Source: Escherichia phage vB_EcoM_Skers. From it: a DNA stretch of 64,000 bases. Below, in pieces: positions 44,796 through 55,435 of the stretch (within the stretch, counting starts at the first letter, position 1; each line of letters begins with the position of its first letter). The notes below the pieces were generated by a model, which saw only the letters and a program-made list of their open reading frames with translations, had not been told where the DNA came from and ran no database searches. Both the position numbers and the translations under genes were made by a program. The stretch is from the sequence record MW748999.1; one strand, given 5' to 3'.

Positions 44796-44823
44796 ATTAT
44801 ACACACTTTATCTTAAATGTCAA
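44796..44823 (-). promoter_or_regulatory. strong sigma70-type promoter TTGACA-N16-TGTGTATAAT (extended -10) just downstream of gene 43
   Basis: Minus strand TTGACATTTAAGATAAAGTGTGTATAAT. Confidence 0.65.
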
Positions 44824-47491
44824 ACAGGTCAGTCAGAGAAGCAACTTTTTCATATTGCAGCTTTGCAGCCGTGGTAATGTTCTCCAGTGGTTTGACGAAA
44901 GTCTTATTAAACAACAAAGGCCAGTCCAACCACTTCAACACCTCTGATTCAATTTCTGGCGGAATACGAGTACCGGACAACCAACCAAAACAGATTTCTC
45001 CAAACGGATTTCGATCTTTAAGCGGTACAATCATAACCTTCTCGCCTTCACGAATCGGATCTAGTCCGAATTTTCGAGCATTACGATTATAACACAATAC
45101 ACTCTTAACCGCATACGGACAACCCTTAATCGGATACCCGTTTGAATCGCTGTATTTCTGTAGGTTGTTTGCAGATGATACCGCAGCAACCTCAAGATAG
45201 TCAAGTTTTCTAAACTCTTGCTCAAAAATACCGTAGTATTCCTGCAATGACTCTTCACCTTCCTGCAACATACGGCGAATACATTCTTTCAGTGATTTCT
45301 GACATGCTTTAGGGGTGGAGCTACGTTGCGTTTCCAAGCCCATGATTTTTAGCTTAGGCTCAGCAAAGCGCGTTCCTTCCATATCCCAAACATTAAGAGC
45401 ATAACGCTTTTTGCCAGTCCAGAATCCACCGATACCCGCAGATTTCAACGGAGGACCAGCAATTGCCTCACGGTCCATAAACATCAAGTGCTCATAGTTG
45501 TTCATGTACTCGCATAACTCGCGATATCCCTTGTCGATAATCGGTTCCATTCTATGTTTACCGAAATTATCAAGGAAGTCAACAAGTTTTTCGGTATCGT
45601 CGAAACGATCTTCCCCGCCAACCTTATCAACAACATTGTTAACCAGCACATAAACGGAGTCAGTATCACAATAACGAACATATGCAAAATCAGTTGTTCC
45701 GCAAAGCTCGTTTAAGTATTCGTTAATCTTGCGCTCAATCCACTGAATTGCAAGCTGACCGAACAAGGTGATCGCACTAGCGTTGCGGAGATCATAAAAA
45801 CGGAATTTAGGATTCCCCAACGCACCATAAAGGGAGTTGATCAAAACTTTTCGAGAAAGCTGGTTTGTATTGCACAAGATCGACTCGTCTTTACATTCTT
45901 CCAGCAATTTCTCTAAGGCATCTTTACTTAATTCAGAAAGCATCGATTTAAACGCTTCATCGAAGTCGTGACGTACTTCAACGCTATAGCTAATGGTTCC
46001 CCCATAAACATGATTTTCATCGTGTAGAATCGCTTTACAGAGTTCAGCATTGCGATCACATGCCAACATCATGTTTTTGTACTGCTTACGCTGATCGAAT
46101 ACCTTTTTAATCTCAATAGGTACGATACCGTGAATATCTTTTCTATACATCCATCCGTTAGGCGAGCAAGAATACTCATCACTCGGACGTGGTGCAGTTT
46201 TATTGATATACTCGTGCATCGGTGCAGCATCAAAAGATCCGGCGATTGTTTCCGGCGAAATGTTAACCTGTCGAATAATAGATGGATACAGACTTGTTAG
46301 GTCAAAGCTCATCATCCAACGGTAAGCATTCGGCACAGGTTCTTTTACAAATGCGCCTGGATACGTCTGCTTAGGATGTATCTTATTTTCCGGTACTACT
46401 TTACCCTCAGCTTTCAGAGATCCGAAGATAATAGCATCCCATACTTTCATCGGGTTATAAACATGGTTAAATTTAATCTTTGCATAGAAACATAGGCTAT
46501 ACACCAGATCGATAAATCCGCGCTTTTTATCAATCGCCAGCACACGATCAACGTCGCCGATGTTATAATCGATGTAAAGTTGATGGTTGTCATCACGCAA
46601 TTTCTTTAACGGACCATCATAATCAACCTTACCGATTCCGGTCTCATATTCAGCAACATAATCTAATGCATATGTTGGTTGAGTCGTAAAGCTAAACTTC
46701 TTGTACAGGTCAATATAATCAAGGCTTTCGATCCCCATGATCGTAAATGCTTCACGCTCGTTGCCAAAATCATCCTGTGAGATTCGGGATTTAATCTTAC
46801 CGCACGGGCTTAGACGGTTTGCCGTTCGACTTCCAAACTTATTCCCGATACGTTTAATGATATATGGAATATCGAATGTTTCTGTGTTCCAGCCAGTGAA
46901 ACCAACGGGTCGGTTTTCCTCAAAGAATCGGATGTATTCTAACAGCAATTCATCTTCTGTGTCATAGACGTTATAAACAACGCGCTCTACAATATCAGGT
47001 CGAAGAATAGACTTGCTAGATTCCCAGATTTCACCGTTTTTTCCTTTCAAATCAAATACAAAGAAACGATCATGTACGGAATCATAATGCGTAATTGCAT
47101 CGATAGGATATTTCGCTTCTTCTGGTTTAGGAAATTCTGGGGCAGTGACCTCAATATCAACCCATGCTACACGGATTTTATTTCGGTCATATCGAATCTC
47201 GCCTTTATATGTATCGGACAGATAGGAGATGATAAAATCATCCATCCCTAGTGCCTCCTGCCCCATTTCTCCCATCTTTTTACGCCATTTGTTGGCCTCG
47301 TTCATAGATGGGAATTTTTTAGCAATGCAAGGCTTGCCGTAGATATCTTTATAATTCGTAACCATACCAGGCGCGGCATGATGAAATAAAGTTGGCATAT
47401 ATTCAACGTAACGCTCTTGTTCTTGTCCAGCATCATCAATATAACGCTCGTAGATCTTATCACCCACTCGCTCACATGACAGAAAATACAT
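44813..47491 (-). CDS. 43: DNA polymerase gp43 (family B)
   Basis: Strong match to T4 gp43 by recall (ERYIDD, YDRNKIRVAWVDIEVT, FDLTSLYPSIIRQVNISPETI, NSLYGALGN, YCDTDSVYV); start at ATG 47491 with SD AAGGAG (track starts at GTG 47521). Confidence 0.9.
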   Translation of the reverse strand: MYFLSCERVGDKIYERYIDDAGQEQERYVEYMPTLFHHAAPGMVTNYKDIYGKPCIAKKFPSMNEANKWRKKMGEMGQEALGMDDFIISYLSDTYKGEIRYDRNKIRVAWVDIEVTAPEFPKPEEAKYPIDAITHYDSVHDRFFVFDLKGKNGEIWESSKSILRPDIVERVVYNVYDTEDELLLEYIRFFEENRPVGFTGWNTETFDIPYIIKRIGNKFGSRTANRLSPCGKIKSRISQDDFGNEREAFTIMGIESLDYIDLYKKFSFTTQPTYALDYVAEYETGIGKVDYDGPLKKLRDDNHQLYIDYNIGDVDRVLAIDKKRGFIDLVYSLCFYAKIKFNHVYNPMKVWDAIIFGSLKAEGKVVPENKIHPKQTYPGAFVKEPVPNAYRWMMSFDLTSLYPSIIRQVNISPETIAGSFDAAPMHEYINKTAPRPSDEYSCSPNGWMYRKDIHGIVPIEIKKVFDQRKQYKNMMLACDRNAELCKAILHDENHVYGGTISYSVEVRHDFDEAFKSMLSELSKDALEKLLEECKDESILCNTNQLSRKVLINSLYGALGNPKFRFYDLRNASAITLFGQLAIQWIERKINEYLNELCGTTDFAYVRYCDTDSVYVLVNNVVDKVGGEDRFDDTEKLVDFLDNFGKHRMEPIIDKGYRELCEYMNNYEHLMFMDREAIAGPPLKSAGIGGFWTGKKRYALNVWDMEGTRFAEPKLKIMGLETQRSSTPKACQKSLKECIRRMLQEGEESLQEYYGIFEQEFRKLDYLEVAAVSSANNLQKYSDSNGYPIKGCPYAVKSVLCYNRNARKFGLDPIREGEKVMIVPLKDRNPFGEICFGWLSGTRIPPEIESEVLKWLDWPLLFNKTFVKPLENITTAAKLQYEKVASLTDLFDI

Positions 47492-47523
47492 AATATAAAC
47501 TCCTTCACTTACGAAAGACACTC

Positions 47524-47552
47524 ATTATAGGGGAATCGACCTAGTTTGTCAA
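47524..47552 (-). promoter_or_regulatory. early promoter TTGACA-N17-TATAAT for gene 43
   Basis: Minus strand TTGACAAACTAGGTCGATTCCCCTATAAT, with TAGGGG...CCCCTA palindrome around it. Confidence 0.6.
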
Positions 47553-47573
47553 TACCCCTATCCCATCAGTATC

Positions 47574-47936
47574 TTATCGCCCGATCTGATATTTCTCTAT
47601 CAGCGTCCACTCTTCTTTCTGTTTGAAAGACAGTACACGGAAATTATTAACTTCGGTAGTTTCAAAATCACTATCAATCAGGGTACACAGATTCCACTGC
47701 GCCAGAAGTTTTGCAATGTTATTACGGCGTAATTCATCTTCCCACGTCATTTTAACACTACGACCATCTAATTTCAACAACTCCTTGAAATGAACGATGT
47801 AATAGCGCCCTTTCTTCTGGAGAATATGACAAGACTGATACAGTGTCTTGTCACGATTGTTGGCAATGCCGCAGCGGGTTAAAGTTTCCTTAATTTTAAG
47901 GAAGTTTTCAGGACTAATCAAATTAATTTCAATCAT
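47574..47936 (-). CDS. regA: translational repressor RegA
   Basis: Matches T4 RegA by recall (ETLTRCGIANNRDKTLYQSCHILQKKGRYYIVHFKE, NNFRVLSFKQKEEW). Confidence 0.9.
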   Translation of the reverse strand: MIEINLISPENFLKIKETLTRCGIANNRDKTLYQSCHILQKKGRYYIVHFKELLKLDGRSVKMTWEDELRRNNIAKLLAQWNLCTLIDSDFETTEVNNFRVLSFKQKEEWTLIEKYQIGR

Positions 47937-47937
47937 T

Positions 47938-48516
47938 TTACCACCTTTCTATAATCTTTTTAAGTCGTTTCCTTTCTGTCTGATTCTTAGTAACACCCGC
48001 CAAAAGTTCATCGGTCGCATACGGTTTAATGTGCTTCAATAACTTGTCCATATATCCCTTTTCATTAGCCAAATCGAGATAAAACCGGGCGTCATCCATA
48101 TTTACACAATATGCTTTCGCCACTGCCATTAAAACCAATTTTTGGTCCAATTCTTCTGTTAGTTTAGCCCATTTACCGTATCGTTTCCCCTTAGAAATAC
48201 TCTGTAAGAGATAATCAAAATGCATTTGATCTGGGAGGCCATGACCGATTAAATTCATCACATACGCGCTATATAGGCAATCTGCGTGCTGGGAAAGAGC
48301 GGTATTAATCCATCTCTGATTGTATGCAGAATTATTCCCAACATTCACGCGCTGTTTATCTAAGGTGATATGATCCATCAGAGCAAATAATGCATTGTCG
48401 GTTTTCTCGGTGAATGTATCCGCTAATTCAGACACCTTTTCCCAATCACGAGAGCGCCATGCAATTTCATGCTCGTTTAATTGTGTATCATCTTCACCGA
48501 AAAATTGACCTAACAT
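47938..48516 (-). CDS. 62: clamp loader small subunit gp62
   Basis: Matches T4 gp62 by recall (QLNEHEIAW.S.DW, YVMNLIGHGL, KGKRYGKWAKL). Confidence 0.85.
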   Translation of the reverse strand: MLGQFFGEDDTQLNEHEIAWRSRDWEKVSELADTFTEKTDNALFALMDHITLDKQRVNVGNNSAYNQRWINTALSQHADCLYSAYVMNLIGHGLPDQMHFDYLLQSISKGKRYGKWAKLTEELDQKLVLMAVAKAYCVNMDDARFYLDLANEKGYMDKLLKHIKPYATDELLAGVTKNQTERKRLKKIIERW

Positions 48517-49490
48517 TATACGAACTCCAATTCAACCATTAATTGCATTAACAAAAAGACAATGTGAATCTCTTTATCAGCCGCGTGCGCAAACATCTGA
48601 TTATTTTCACCGATAATCTCGGTCAGACGAATAATCGACGCTGGCTTAACTTGAGTATACAACTCATTATAAAGTTTCTTGATAAATTGAGGGTATGTAT
48701 TGGTATATCGCGGTGCAAGTTTACGCACATTAGCAAACTGTTTAGTTTTCAGTGCTTCCACCACATCGGTTACTTCGGTATTGCTACTTTCGATAACCAT
48801 GCTCAATACGCCAGCATCAATTTTACCATGTTTAGCGTAGCGGTCCAAAAGTTTCATTACGCGTCGGAAGTCTGGGAAGTTCTGCTTAACCAATTCCGCT
48901 AATACGCGCATTTCTTCTACTGGTACACCTTCTTTATCAAGAATTGCTTTACACCGGACGATCATTTCTTTCATCATGCGAAGCTGATCATCTTTAGTCG
49001 GAGATCCAAACGTGATGGGGTCAAAACGAGATCGTAACGCTGGGATAATACCTTCTAGATCGTTTGCTGTGATAATGAATGTTACATTGTTTGAGTATGC
49101 CTCAGAGAAACTACGCAAGTGTCTTTGAGCGTCAGCCAACCCCGCTCGGTCATACTCATCGATAATAACAACTTTGCCTTTTTCTCGTTTTTCTTCATCG
49201 AGTGATACACTCTGCGCAAAGCGTGTAATCTCATCGCGGATAAAATCAATCTTACAATCTGCGCCGTTAACAAACAGATAATCAACACCCACATCTTCGC
49301 AAAGCGCCTTAGCAACGGTTGTTTTACCAGTACCCGGCGATGGGCTATGCAGGATCATAGAAGGGATTCGGCCTTGCTTAACAATCTGCGCGAAGATCTT
49401 TTTATCTGCTTCCGGCAGAATACATTCAGAAATTGATTTCGGACGGTATTTCTGTTCCCACTGAAACTCATTTTCATTAACACTCAGCAT
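48516..49490 (-). CDS. 44: clamp loader large subunit gp44 (AAA+)
   Basis: Walker A SPSPGTGKTT, Walker B IIDEYD, sensor ITAN; start at ATG 49490 with SD GAGAGGTGA (track start 49505). Confidence 0.9.
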   Translation of the reverse strand: MLSVNENEFQWEQKYRPKSISECILPEADKKIFAQIVKQGRIPSMILHSPSPGTGKTTVAKALCEDVGVDYLFVNGADCKIDFIRDEITRFAQSVSLDEEKREKGKVVIIDEYDRAGLADAQRHLRSFSEAYSNNVTFIITANDLEGIIPALRSRFDPITFGSPTKDDQLRMMKEMIVRCKAILDKEGVPVEEMRVLAELVKQNFPDFRRVMKLLDRYAKHGKIDAGVLSMVIESSNTEVTDVVEALKTKQFANVRKLAPRYTNTYPQFIKKLYNELYTQVKPASIIRLTEIIGENNQMFAHAADKEIHIVFLLMQLMVELEFV

Positions 49491-49515
49491 ATAATCACCT
49501 CTCACAAATTACATC

Positions 49516-49543
49516 ATTAAAACGGGGAGTATTTACACTCCCC
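49516..49543 (-). terminator. intercistronic hairpin / attenuator between 45 and 44
   Basis: Minus-strand RNA GGGGAGU-GUAAAU-ACUCCCC followed by GUUUUAAU. Confidence 0.5.
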
Positions 49544-49555
49544 ACAAACATTATA

Positions 49556-50245
49556 TTAGTCGGTGTAGCTGGAGTCAAGGTCACACGCGATCATATAAGA
49601 TACGGTTTCACTTGCCAGCCATACAGCCTTACGGCGAGTGAAGCTCAGTTTGTAATCGCCGAAGTCAGTAGCAACCAGTTTCATGTTATCTTTACGAATA
49701 AAGAAATGGAAGTCGGCGGTTCCGGCATATTCGCCCATGTCAAGACAAAACATCTCATTAGGATTATTTTTGTCAATCTCTTCCCAACCTTTGATCATCA
49801 GACGACCATCAATCGGAAGAAATTCAAGGCGGTCCACTTTAAGCTGATTGCTCATTTTCATAAGCTGTTTCAGATCGTCGTTGCTCAGTTCGTAATCTAC
49901 ATCGCTTGCAGGTGGAGTAACTCGGCCTTTCGGTGATACGATAGCAGCAGCACTAGCACCAGGATAATTAATTTTCAGACGATCATTAGACACACGAATG
50001 TTTCCGGTGCGGTTATCAACCGTAATATCTGCTTCATCGCCTACCAGATTCAGAATACCCAAGAAAGAGTTAAGATCATAGATCCCAATTTCGTGTTCCA
50101 GTTCTTGATTCAGAGTCGCTTCACCATATACAACGTTTGTCATGTTTTTGGTGATCAGGACGTTTCCTTTTTTCAGGATGATACCTGGGTTAATAGCGGA
50201 AAAGTTTTTCAGGGTAGCAATGGTTTCTTTAGTCAGTTTCATCAA
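49556..50245 (-). CDS. 45: sliding clamp gp45
   Basis: 229 aa (T4 228 aa); matches T4 gp45 by recall (ATLKNFSAINPGI, IYDLNSFLGILNLV). Confidence 0.9.
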   Translation of the reverse strand: MMKLTKETIATLKNFSAINPGIILKKGNVLITKNMTNVVYGEATLNQELEHEIGIYDLNSFLGILNLVGDEADITVDNRTGNIRVSNDRLKINYPGASAAAIVSPKGRVTPPASDVDYELSNDDLKQLMKMSNQLKVDRLEFLPIDGRLMIKGWEEIDKNNPNEMFCLDMGEYAGTADFHFFIRKDNMKLVATDFGDYKLSFTRRKAVWLASETVSYMIACDLDSSYTD

Positions 50246-50272
50246 ATCACCTTTATCATGTTAATCAATTAA

Positions 50273-50671
50273 TTACGGGTTTACTTCGTGCTCATTTTGA
50301 ATCTTTAGCATTCTTTCGATAAATTTTTTCTCGGCTTCCTTATCGGATGAGTGAGTATACTTCAATCCAATGTAAGCTGTCAAGTATTGTTGCAGAGCAT
50401 AGACAGTAACAGGATTCTTTGCGGTCTTTTTTCCGTCGAGATATACCAGATCACCACGAACATCAAACGCAAGTTTACGACGAATCACATCATCAACAAA
50501 TTTATCTAGGACAAAATACCACTCAATACACTCTATCCCGTGACGGTAGTTCATTACATCATTATCTTTGATATAGTCAAACGGAATATGACATAATTTA
50601 CTATTTTGTAGGATGAATAGCATTTGTTCTTTTAAGCTCATACGTTTCATTCTATCACTTCCCATCAGCAA
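50273..50671 (-). CDS. rpbA: RNA polymerase-binding protein RpbA (assigned mainly by position)
   Basis: 132 aa immediately upstream of gene 45 as in T4. Confidence 0.55.
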   Translation of the reverse strand: MLMGSDRMKRMSLKEQMLFILQNSKLCHIPFDYIKDNDVMNYRHGIECIEWYFVLDKFVDDVIRRKLAFDVRGDLVYLDGKKTAKNPVTVYALQQYLTAYIGLKYTHSSDKEAEKKFIERMLKIQNEHEVNP

Positions 50672-51047
50672 TTGCGATCAGACGAGTTACTACTACGCTA
50701 GCGGCTTCAATCAGCAGTTCATCAGTGTCAATCTGATAACCCTTTTCGAGAATATCTTTACCTCGAATAGTTTTAGCGCCTTTAGCAATTGAATCATCGT
50801 AATACTTGCGCATTGCCGCGATCCATTCTTTTTGCACCATATCATCAATATGCGCGTACAGTTCAAAGCGTGCTTGCTGCGGGATAACCTTCATTTTAGC
50901 TTTCTCGCTTTCCGGCATTTGTAGTACCCACGCTTTACGGATCTTGTTCATTGCTCGGTCAAATTCGAGACTGGTTTTCTTGTTCTGAATGTCTGCTACA
51001 GTAATTTTAGCCAGGTTTGCGGAATTAGTCATAATATTAATCTCCAA
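50655..51047 (-). CDS. hypothetical protein (130 aa)
   Basis: ORF track. Confidence 0.5.
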   Translation of the reverse strand: MEINIMTNSANLAKITVADIQNKKTSLEFDRAMNKIRKAWVLQMPESEKAKMKVIPQQARFELYAHIDDMVQKEWIAAMRKYYDDSIAKGAKTIRGKDILEKGYQIDTDELLIEAASVVVTRLIAIADGK

Positions 51048-51061
51048 ATAAAATCAGTATA

Positions 51062-51292
51062 TCACGTTCTAAAGTTTGTTGCAACCCCAGCATCAGGGTA
51101 ATCAAGTTTATCAAAGTTGGGGACCAGCATAAACTCATGATGACGGCAAGACAACATTTTTGTTATGTCTTCATCGCTGTATATGCTGTTTTTCATATCC
51201 CCCATACTAACTACATATTCTTCACCGGAATATAGATTGATTAAGGTATACAATTCTAACTCCGGCTGCGTTACTCTGTCAAATGTTAACAT
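51062..51292 (-). CDS. hypothetical protein (76 aa)
   Basis: ORF track; overlaps the gene 46 stop. Confidence 0.45.
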   Translation of the reverse strand: MLTFDRVTQPELELYTLINLYSGEEYVVSMGDMKNSIYSDEDITKMLSCRHHEFMLVPNFDKLDYPDAGVATNFRT

Positions 51293-52961
51293 TCATTTCA
51301 GTGAATCGCCCACGTTTAACCATCTTGAGATGACGGCTAAAATCATCAGGGTTATGGTCACGATGGCTGATAATATACACGTTATCATCTAACTTGTCAA
51401 TGATGGAATCAAGTGCTTTTACGCCTTGAACGTCCGTAGCCCCATCATAAATTTCGTCGAGTACCAACAAAGAAATATTAGTACCAGATACTTTACCAGC
51501 AACATCACGCCATGTAAAGAGCATCGCAAGGTCAATACGTGCTTTTTCGCCTTGACTGAATGATGTATACGAAAACGATTCACGCCCCCGTGATTTGATT
51601 GTTTCGTTAAACTCTTCATCTAGCGTAAAGATATAATCCGCTTCCATGATATCTAGATAATACGCAATCCGATCATTGAAATATGGAATATATTTCTTGA
51701 CGATAGACGCCTTAACACCGGAATCCTTCAACATTTCTGTTACAAATCCACGATGATATTTTTCAAGAACTAGCTTTGATTTTTCATTAGTAATCTCTAC
51801 CAGTTCGTGTTCCAGTTTAGCAAGTTCTTCGGAATTGTCAACCCTTTCTTTTTGTAATTCCTGAATTGCTTTCTGGATCTGTTTAGCCCGACCTACAGAT
51901 GCCGTTAAATTCGCTCTCTGTGACTCTATAGCGCGTTTAATTTCCAAGACCTTAGTTTGTGCTGTCTGGAAAGAATTGGCCTTCTCCGCGTATTCTACGC
52001 GTTTCTCGTCAATCAGAGACAGTTTATGTTCTGCTTGTGCTTTTTGTTCGCGTACAGCTTGATCATTACCTTGAATGATCGGTTGTGTGCACGTAGGACA
52101 GACCCCGCCTTTCTCATGCATATGAATAACACGGTCAAAGTTCTGGATCTGCGCACCAATCTGTGCGATAGCCGTATTAATTTTAGCCAATGCCGCGCTA
52201 GGATCTTCCGGCATAACAACAGCCAATAGCTCATCGGTCAAGCGCGTTTCTTCGGCTTTAAATGCTTTAGCCGATTCTACCTCTTTATCATACATATTCT
52301 GTAAACGCTGGATATTCTCGGCACTCGCCTTGCTAGCGTCTTCTATGTACTTTTTATGAGTGTTGATTTGTTGCTGAACGTGATTAGCTTTCATTTCCTG
52401 CATTTGGATATTCTGGGTAATCTCGCGCACATACGCTTTATTCAGTTTATCCATTTCGCCTAGCGTAGCAATATCAAGCAAATCCTCTACCAGTTTACGG
52501 CGACCCGCTGCCGGAAGACTCATAAACGGAACATAACCAGCAGTGCCTAAAACAACGATCTGTTTGAAGCTGGCTAGGTTCATGCCTATGATACCTTCAA
52601 AATATTCCTGAAAGTCTTTGGTGCTTGCGCTCTCGTCGATCTTTTGACCGTCGCGATGCACTTCGAATACTTCCGGCTTTTGACCACGTTTGATATAAAA
52701 CTCTTTCCCGTCCAGTTCAAACCAGACTTCGACTAACAGTTTCTTTTTGTTGACGCTGTTAATCAATTGGCCTTTCTTGATACTACGAAACGGTTTACCG
52801 AACAACACAAAGCAAAGCGCCTCGATCATGGTCGATTTACCAGCACCGTTAACACCAGTGATTAGTGTCTTTTTGAATCCGTCTAGCTGAATCTCAACAG
52901 GTTCAGCACCCACGCTCATTATATTTTGATAGCGCAAGGTTTTAAAATTTAACTTTGCCAT
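51279..52961 (-). CDS. 46: recombination endonuclease subunit gp46 (Rad50/SbcC-like)
   Basis: Walker A GVNGAGKST, signature FSQGEKARIDLA, Walker B LLVLDE; start at ATG 52961 (MAKLNFK, SD GGAGTG) gives 560 aa as in T4. Confidence 0.9.
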   Translation of the reverse strand: MAKLNFKTLRYQNIMSVGAEPVEIQLDGFKKTLITGVNGAGKSTMIEALCFVLFGKPFRSIKKGQLINSVNKKKLLVEVWFELDGKEFYIKRGQKPEVFEVHRDGQKIDESASTKDFQEYFEGIIGMNLASFKQIVVLGTAGYVPFMSLPAAGRRKLVEDLLDIATLGEMDKLNKAYVREITQNIQMQEMKANHVQQQINTHKKYIEDASKASAENIQRLQNMYDKEVESAKAFKAEETRLTDELLAVVMPEDPSAALAKINTAIAQIGAQIQNFDRVIHMHEKGGVCPTCTQPIIQGNDQAVREQKAQAEHKLSLIDEKRVEYAEKANSFQTAQTKVLEIKRAIESQRANLTASVGRAKQIQKAIQELQKERVDNSEELAKLEHELVEITNEKSKLVLEKYHRGFVTEMLKDSGVKASIVKKYIPYFNDRIAYYLDIMEADYIFTLDEEFNETIKSRGRESFSYTSFSQGEKARIDLAMLFTWRDVAGKVSGTNISLLVLDEIYDGATDVQGVKALDSIIDKLDDNVYIISHRDHNPDDFSRHLKMVKRGRFTEMNVNI

Positions 52962-53205
52962 TAATCCACTCCGCAATCACACATTCCATAATATTAAATG
53001 CTAACACATCTTCATCAATGTTGTAAACACTTGCTGCCTTCACTTTAACTAATGTGTCTCTGCGATCTGGCAGCATGATCACATAATCCAGTGTCGCAGG
53101 ATCATATGTCATAAAGGGATCAATGTAAACCCCTTTATTCAGTGCCAGATATTCGCGAAGACCTTCTATAACCCTATGTCTAAGGTAGGTCATCGATAGA
53201 ATCAT
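52942..53205 (-). CDS. hypothetical protein (87 aa)
   Basis: ORF track. Confidence 0.45.
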   Translation of the reverse strand: MILSMTYLRHRVIEGLREYLALNKGVYIDPFMTYDPATLDYVIMLPDRRDTLVKVKAASVYNIDEDVLAFNIMECVIAEWINGKVKF

Positions 53206-53798
53206 TTTAGTTTATGTTCCTCTAAAAATTCTTCAATTTCACCTTGCAGGTCTTCCGCTTGCTGTTCCAGAATATCGCGAAATTCACCTACAGTCAAGCG
53301 GTAATCACATTTCACCAGTCGATGCGGGAGAATATACCCTTTATACATTGTCTCTGACGCTTCCAGGAATACCCCACTATGCATGACAGAGATCCAACCT
53401 GTTAACGTCAATGGAGTATTCGGAAAATAATACTTGCTGGATTGTTTCCACTGTACGAAAGCACCATATACAATCGGATTATATTCACCAACCACACTCT
53501 TAATAATGGATTCTACTTTGTCTTTTACAAAGTCGCCAATGTCCATAGTTACCATCAAATCCTGTGGATGAATCACTTTAAGGTAACGACGATAACCGTC
53601 ATCATACCACATCTTAACCACTGGCTGACCCCACATTTTAGCAATACGCGCTTTCAGATAGCCATAGATCGGATTCTTGTAATATGATTGTTTTAGTGTG
53701 TATGTGTGCACCAATTTAATAAAATGTTCCATTACCAGCAAATCAGAATCAGCCGCGACCATAGTCGTATTCATAATATGTTCCTCGTTCAATCTCAT
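53202..53798 (-). CDS. hypothetical protein (198 aa)
   Basis: ORF track. Confidence 0.5.
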   Translation of the reverse strand: MRLNEEHIMNTTMVAADSDLLVMEHFIKLVHTYTLKQSYYKNPIYGYLKARIAKMWGQPVVKMWYDDGYRRYLKVIHPQDLMVTMDIGDFVKDKVESIIKSVVGEYNPIVYGAFVQWKQSSKYYFPNTPLTLTGWISVMHSGVFLEASETMYKGYILPHRLVKCDYRLTVGEFRDILEQQAEDLQGEIEEFLEEHKLK

Positions 53799-54066
53799 AT
53801 TGTTTCAGGTCTTCTAAAAGTTCATCCACTGCTTGTTTCAGCACATGACGCAGCGTAAAGTAATAACTTTCATCAAATTCTATTTCCGCGCGAGGAATAG
53901 AGCGAAACTTACACTTAACAGTAGTATCGGTGAGTCGCTTTTCGACCATCATCCGAACTTCTTCATGCTCTTTGGAATACCATACATCAACGGAGATCCC
54001 CTTACGTCGAGCAAACATAGGCAACGCTGAATTAAATTCCATTACTTTTTGTGCAAGTGTTTTCAT
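53749..54066 (-). CDS. hypothetical protein (105 aa)
   Basis: ORF track. Confidence 0.45.
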   Translation of the reverse strand: MKTLAQKVMEFNSALPMFARRKGISVDVWYSKEHEEVRMMVEKRLTDTTVKCKFRSIPRAEIEFDESYYFTLRHVLKQAVDELLEDLKQYEIERGTYYEYDYGRG

Positions 54067-54314
54067 CGTACAGACTCCATAGATCCACGCGCAATAACAT
54101 TCTGGGTAATATCAGCAACCTTACGGGATACGATGTTTGTTAGCCCCTCTTTGGTGATATTTTCACGATCAAATGGGATTTCGTCATGAGTCCACAAACC
54201 ATAGTTAGACCGAAATGATAGCATATACTGACCATCTCGCACAACCTCAAATACATGGATCTTAGTGAATTTCGATAAACCTTCGTTGATTTCTTTCAGT
54301 GCATTAGTAATCAT
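54063..54314 (-). CDS. hypothetical protein (83 aa)
   Basis: Track ORF 54063..54326 starts with TTG; ATG at 54314 (MITNALKE) with SD GGAGG. Confidence 0.5.
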   Translation of the reverse strand: MITNALKEINEGLSKFTKIHVFEVVRDGQYMLSFRSNYGLWTHDEIPFDRENITKEGLTNIVSRKVADITQNVIARGSMESVR

Positions 54315-54339
54315 AACAACCTCCAATCAATTTTTAGAG

Positions 54340-54368
54340 AGTATAACGGGGATTTCTCCCCGCGTCAA
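54340..54368 (-). promoter_or_regulatory. PeSL-like early promoter
   Basis: Minus strand TTGACG-CGGGGAGAAATCCCCGT-TATACT; spacer is a hairpin with GAAA loop. Confidence 0.6.
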
Positions 54369-55394
54369 CTAACTTTTTGCGCTATTTACTTCGGCTAAAA
54401 GTTCATCAGAAATACGCTTGACCGCCGCAAGTTCTTCCGGTTCTAGGTTTTGTTCTTCCAGATATTCATAGACCATCTGAATAGTGCTTTTAACTTCAAT
54501 AACACCTGTTTCCTGTGATGCGCTACTCTCCAGCTTATGGACCACTTTTAGCTTGTGCACAACGGACTCTAACGCGCTTTCTAACTTAGTTAACCCATTA
54601 TCAGCGACCGTTGCGATAAGACGCACACTAAGCCCTTTAAAGCGTTCTACGTCGATTTTATCATCTGACGGGTAAGTGATACGCACATGATAAGTTTTGT
54701 CATTCTGAATAAACTCTTTTTTGTGTGTATCGGTATCGAATACCCAAAAACCACGAGGGTCGTTTTCGTCACCCGCCGTTAGTGTGTATGGTGTACCGAT
54801 ATATGTTACGTTACCGCCATCGCTGATAGTATGAAAATGACCGGAAAACACTTCACGGTATTTCTTTAGGAAGTCCGCGCTATAACCTTCGGATTTTAGT
54901 CCTTTATAGAAATAGTAGCCAGACAATTCCCAATGGCCTACACAATATTCACTGAATGAGTTTTGAATAAACTCTAAAATCTCTGATTTATTGTCATCAC
55001 AAAACCACGGGAACAGATCAAATGATACACCATCAAAGGTAACTGTTTCCGGTTTATCGATAACCTTAATGCAATCATACTGGCTTAACACTTCACGCGG
55101 TGCGTTAGGCTGGATCTTGTTTCGTTTAAACATATCATGATTCCCGACCGTGGTATAACAAGTAATATCAGCCTCTTCCAGTAACGGGATGACCTTAGTA
55201 CGGTTAAATTTCATGGTTTCATGGGTAATTGCTTTTCGGCAATCAAACCAATCCCCTGTTTGAATCCATGTCTTAATATTATGCTCTTTGGAGTATTCAA
55301 CCGCTTTCTTGATGGTATCAAGAATATACTCATGCACCCACGGATCATCGCCACCGATACCAGTATGCAGATCACCCAAAAGCAAAATTTTCAT
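54369..55394 (-). CDS. 47: recombination nuclease subunit gp47 (Mre11/SbcD-like)
   Basis: Calcineurin-like phosphoesterase motifs LLGDLH, GDWFD, GNHD; 341 aa (T4 339 aa). Confidence 0.9.
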   Translation of the reverse strand: MKILLLGDLHTGIGGDDPWVHEYILDTIKKAVEYSKEHNIKTWIQTGDWFDCRKAITHETMKFNRTKVIPLLEEADITCYTTVGNHDMFKRNKIQPNAPREVLSQYDCIKVIDKPETVTFDGVSFDLFPWFCDDNKSEILEFIQNSFSEYCVGHWELSGYYFYKGLKSEGYSADFLKKYREVFSGHFHTISDGGNVTYIGTPYTLTAGDENDPRGFWVFDTDTHKKEFIQNDKTYHVRITYPSDDKIDVERFKGLSVRLIATVADNGLTKLESALESVVHKLKVVHKLESSASQETGVIEVKSTIQMVYEYLEEQNLEPEELAAVKRISDELLAEVNSAKS

Positions 55395-55435
55395 AGTCTC
55401 TTCCTCTCTTCGTTTTCGATGCTCTCACTATATCA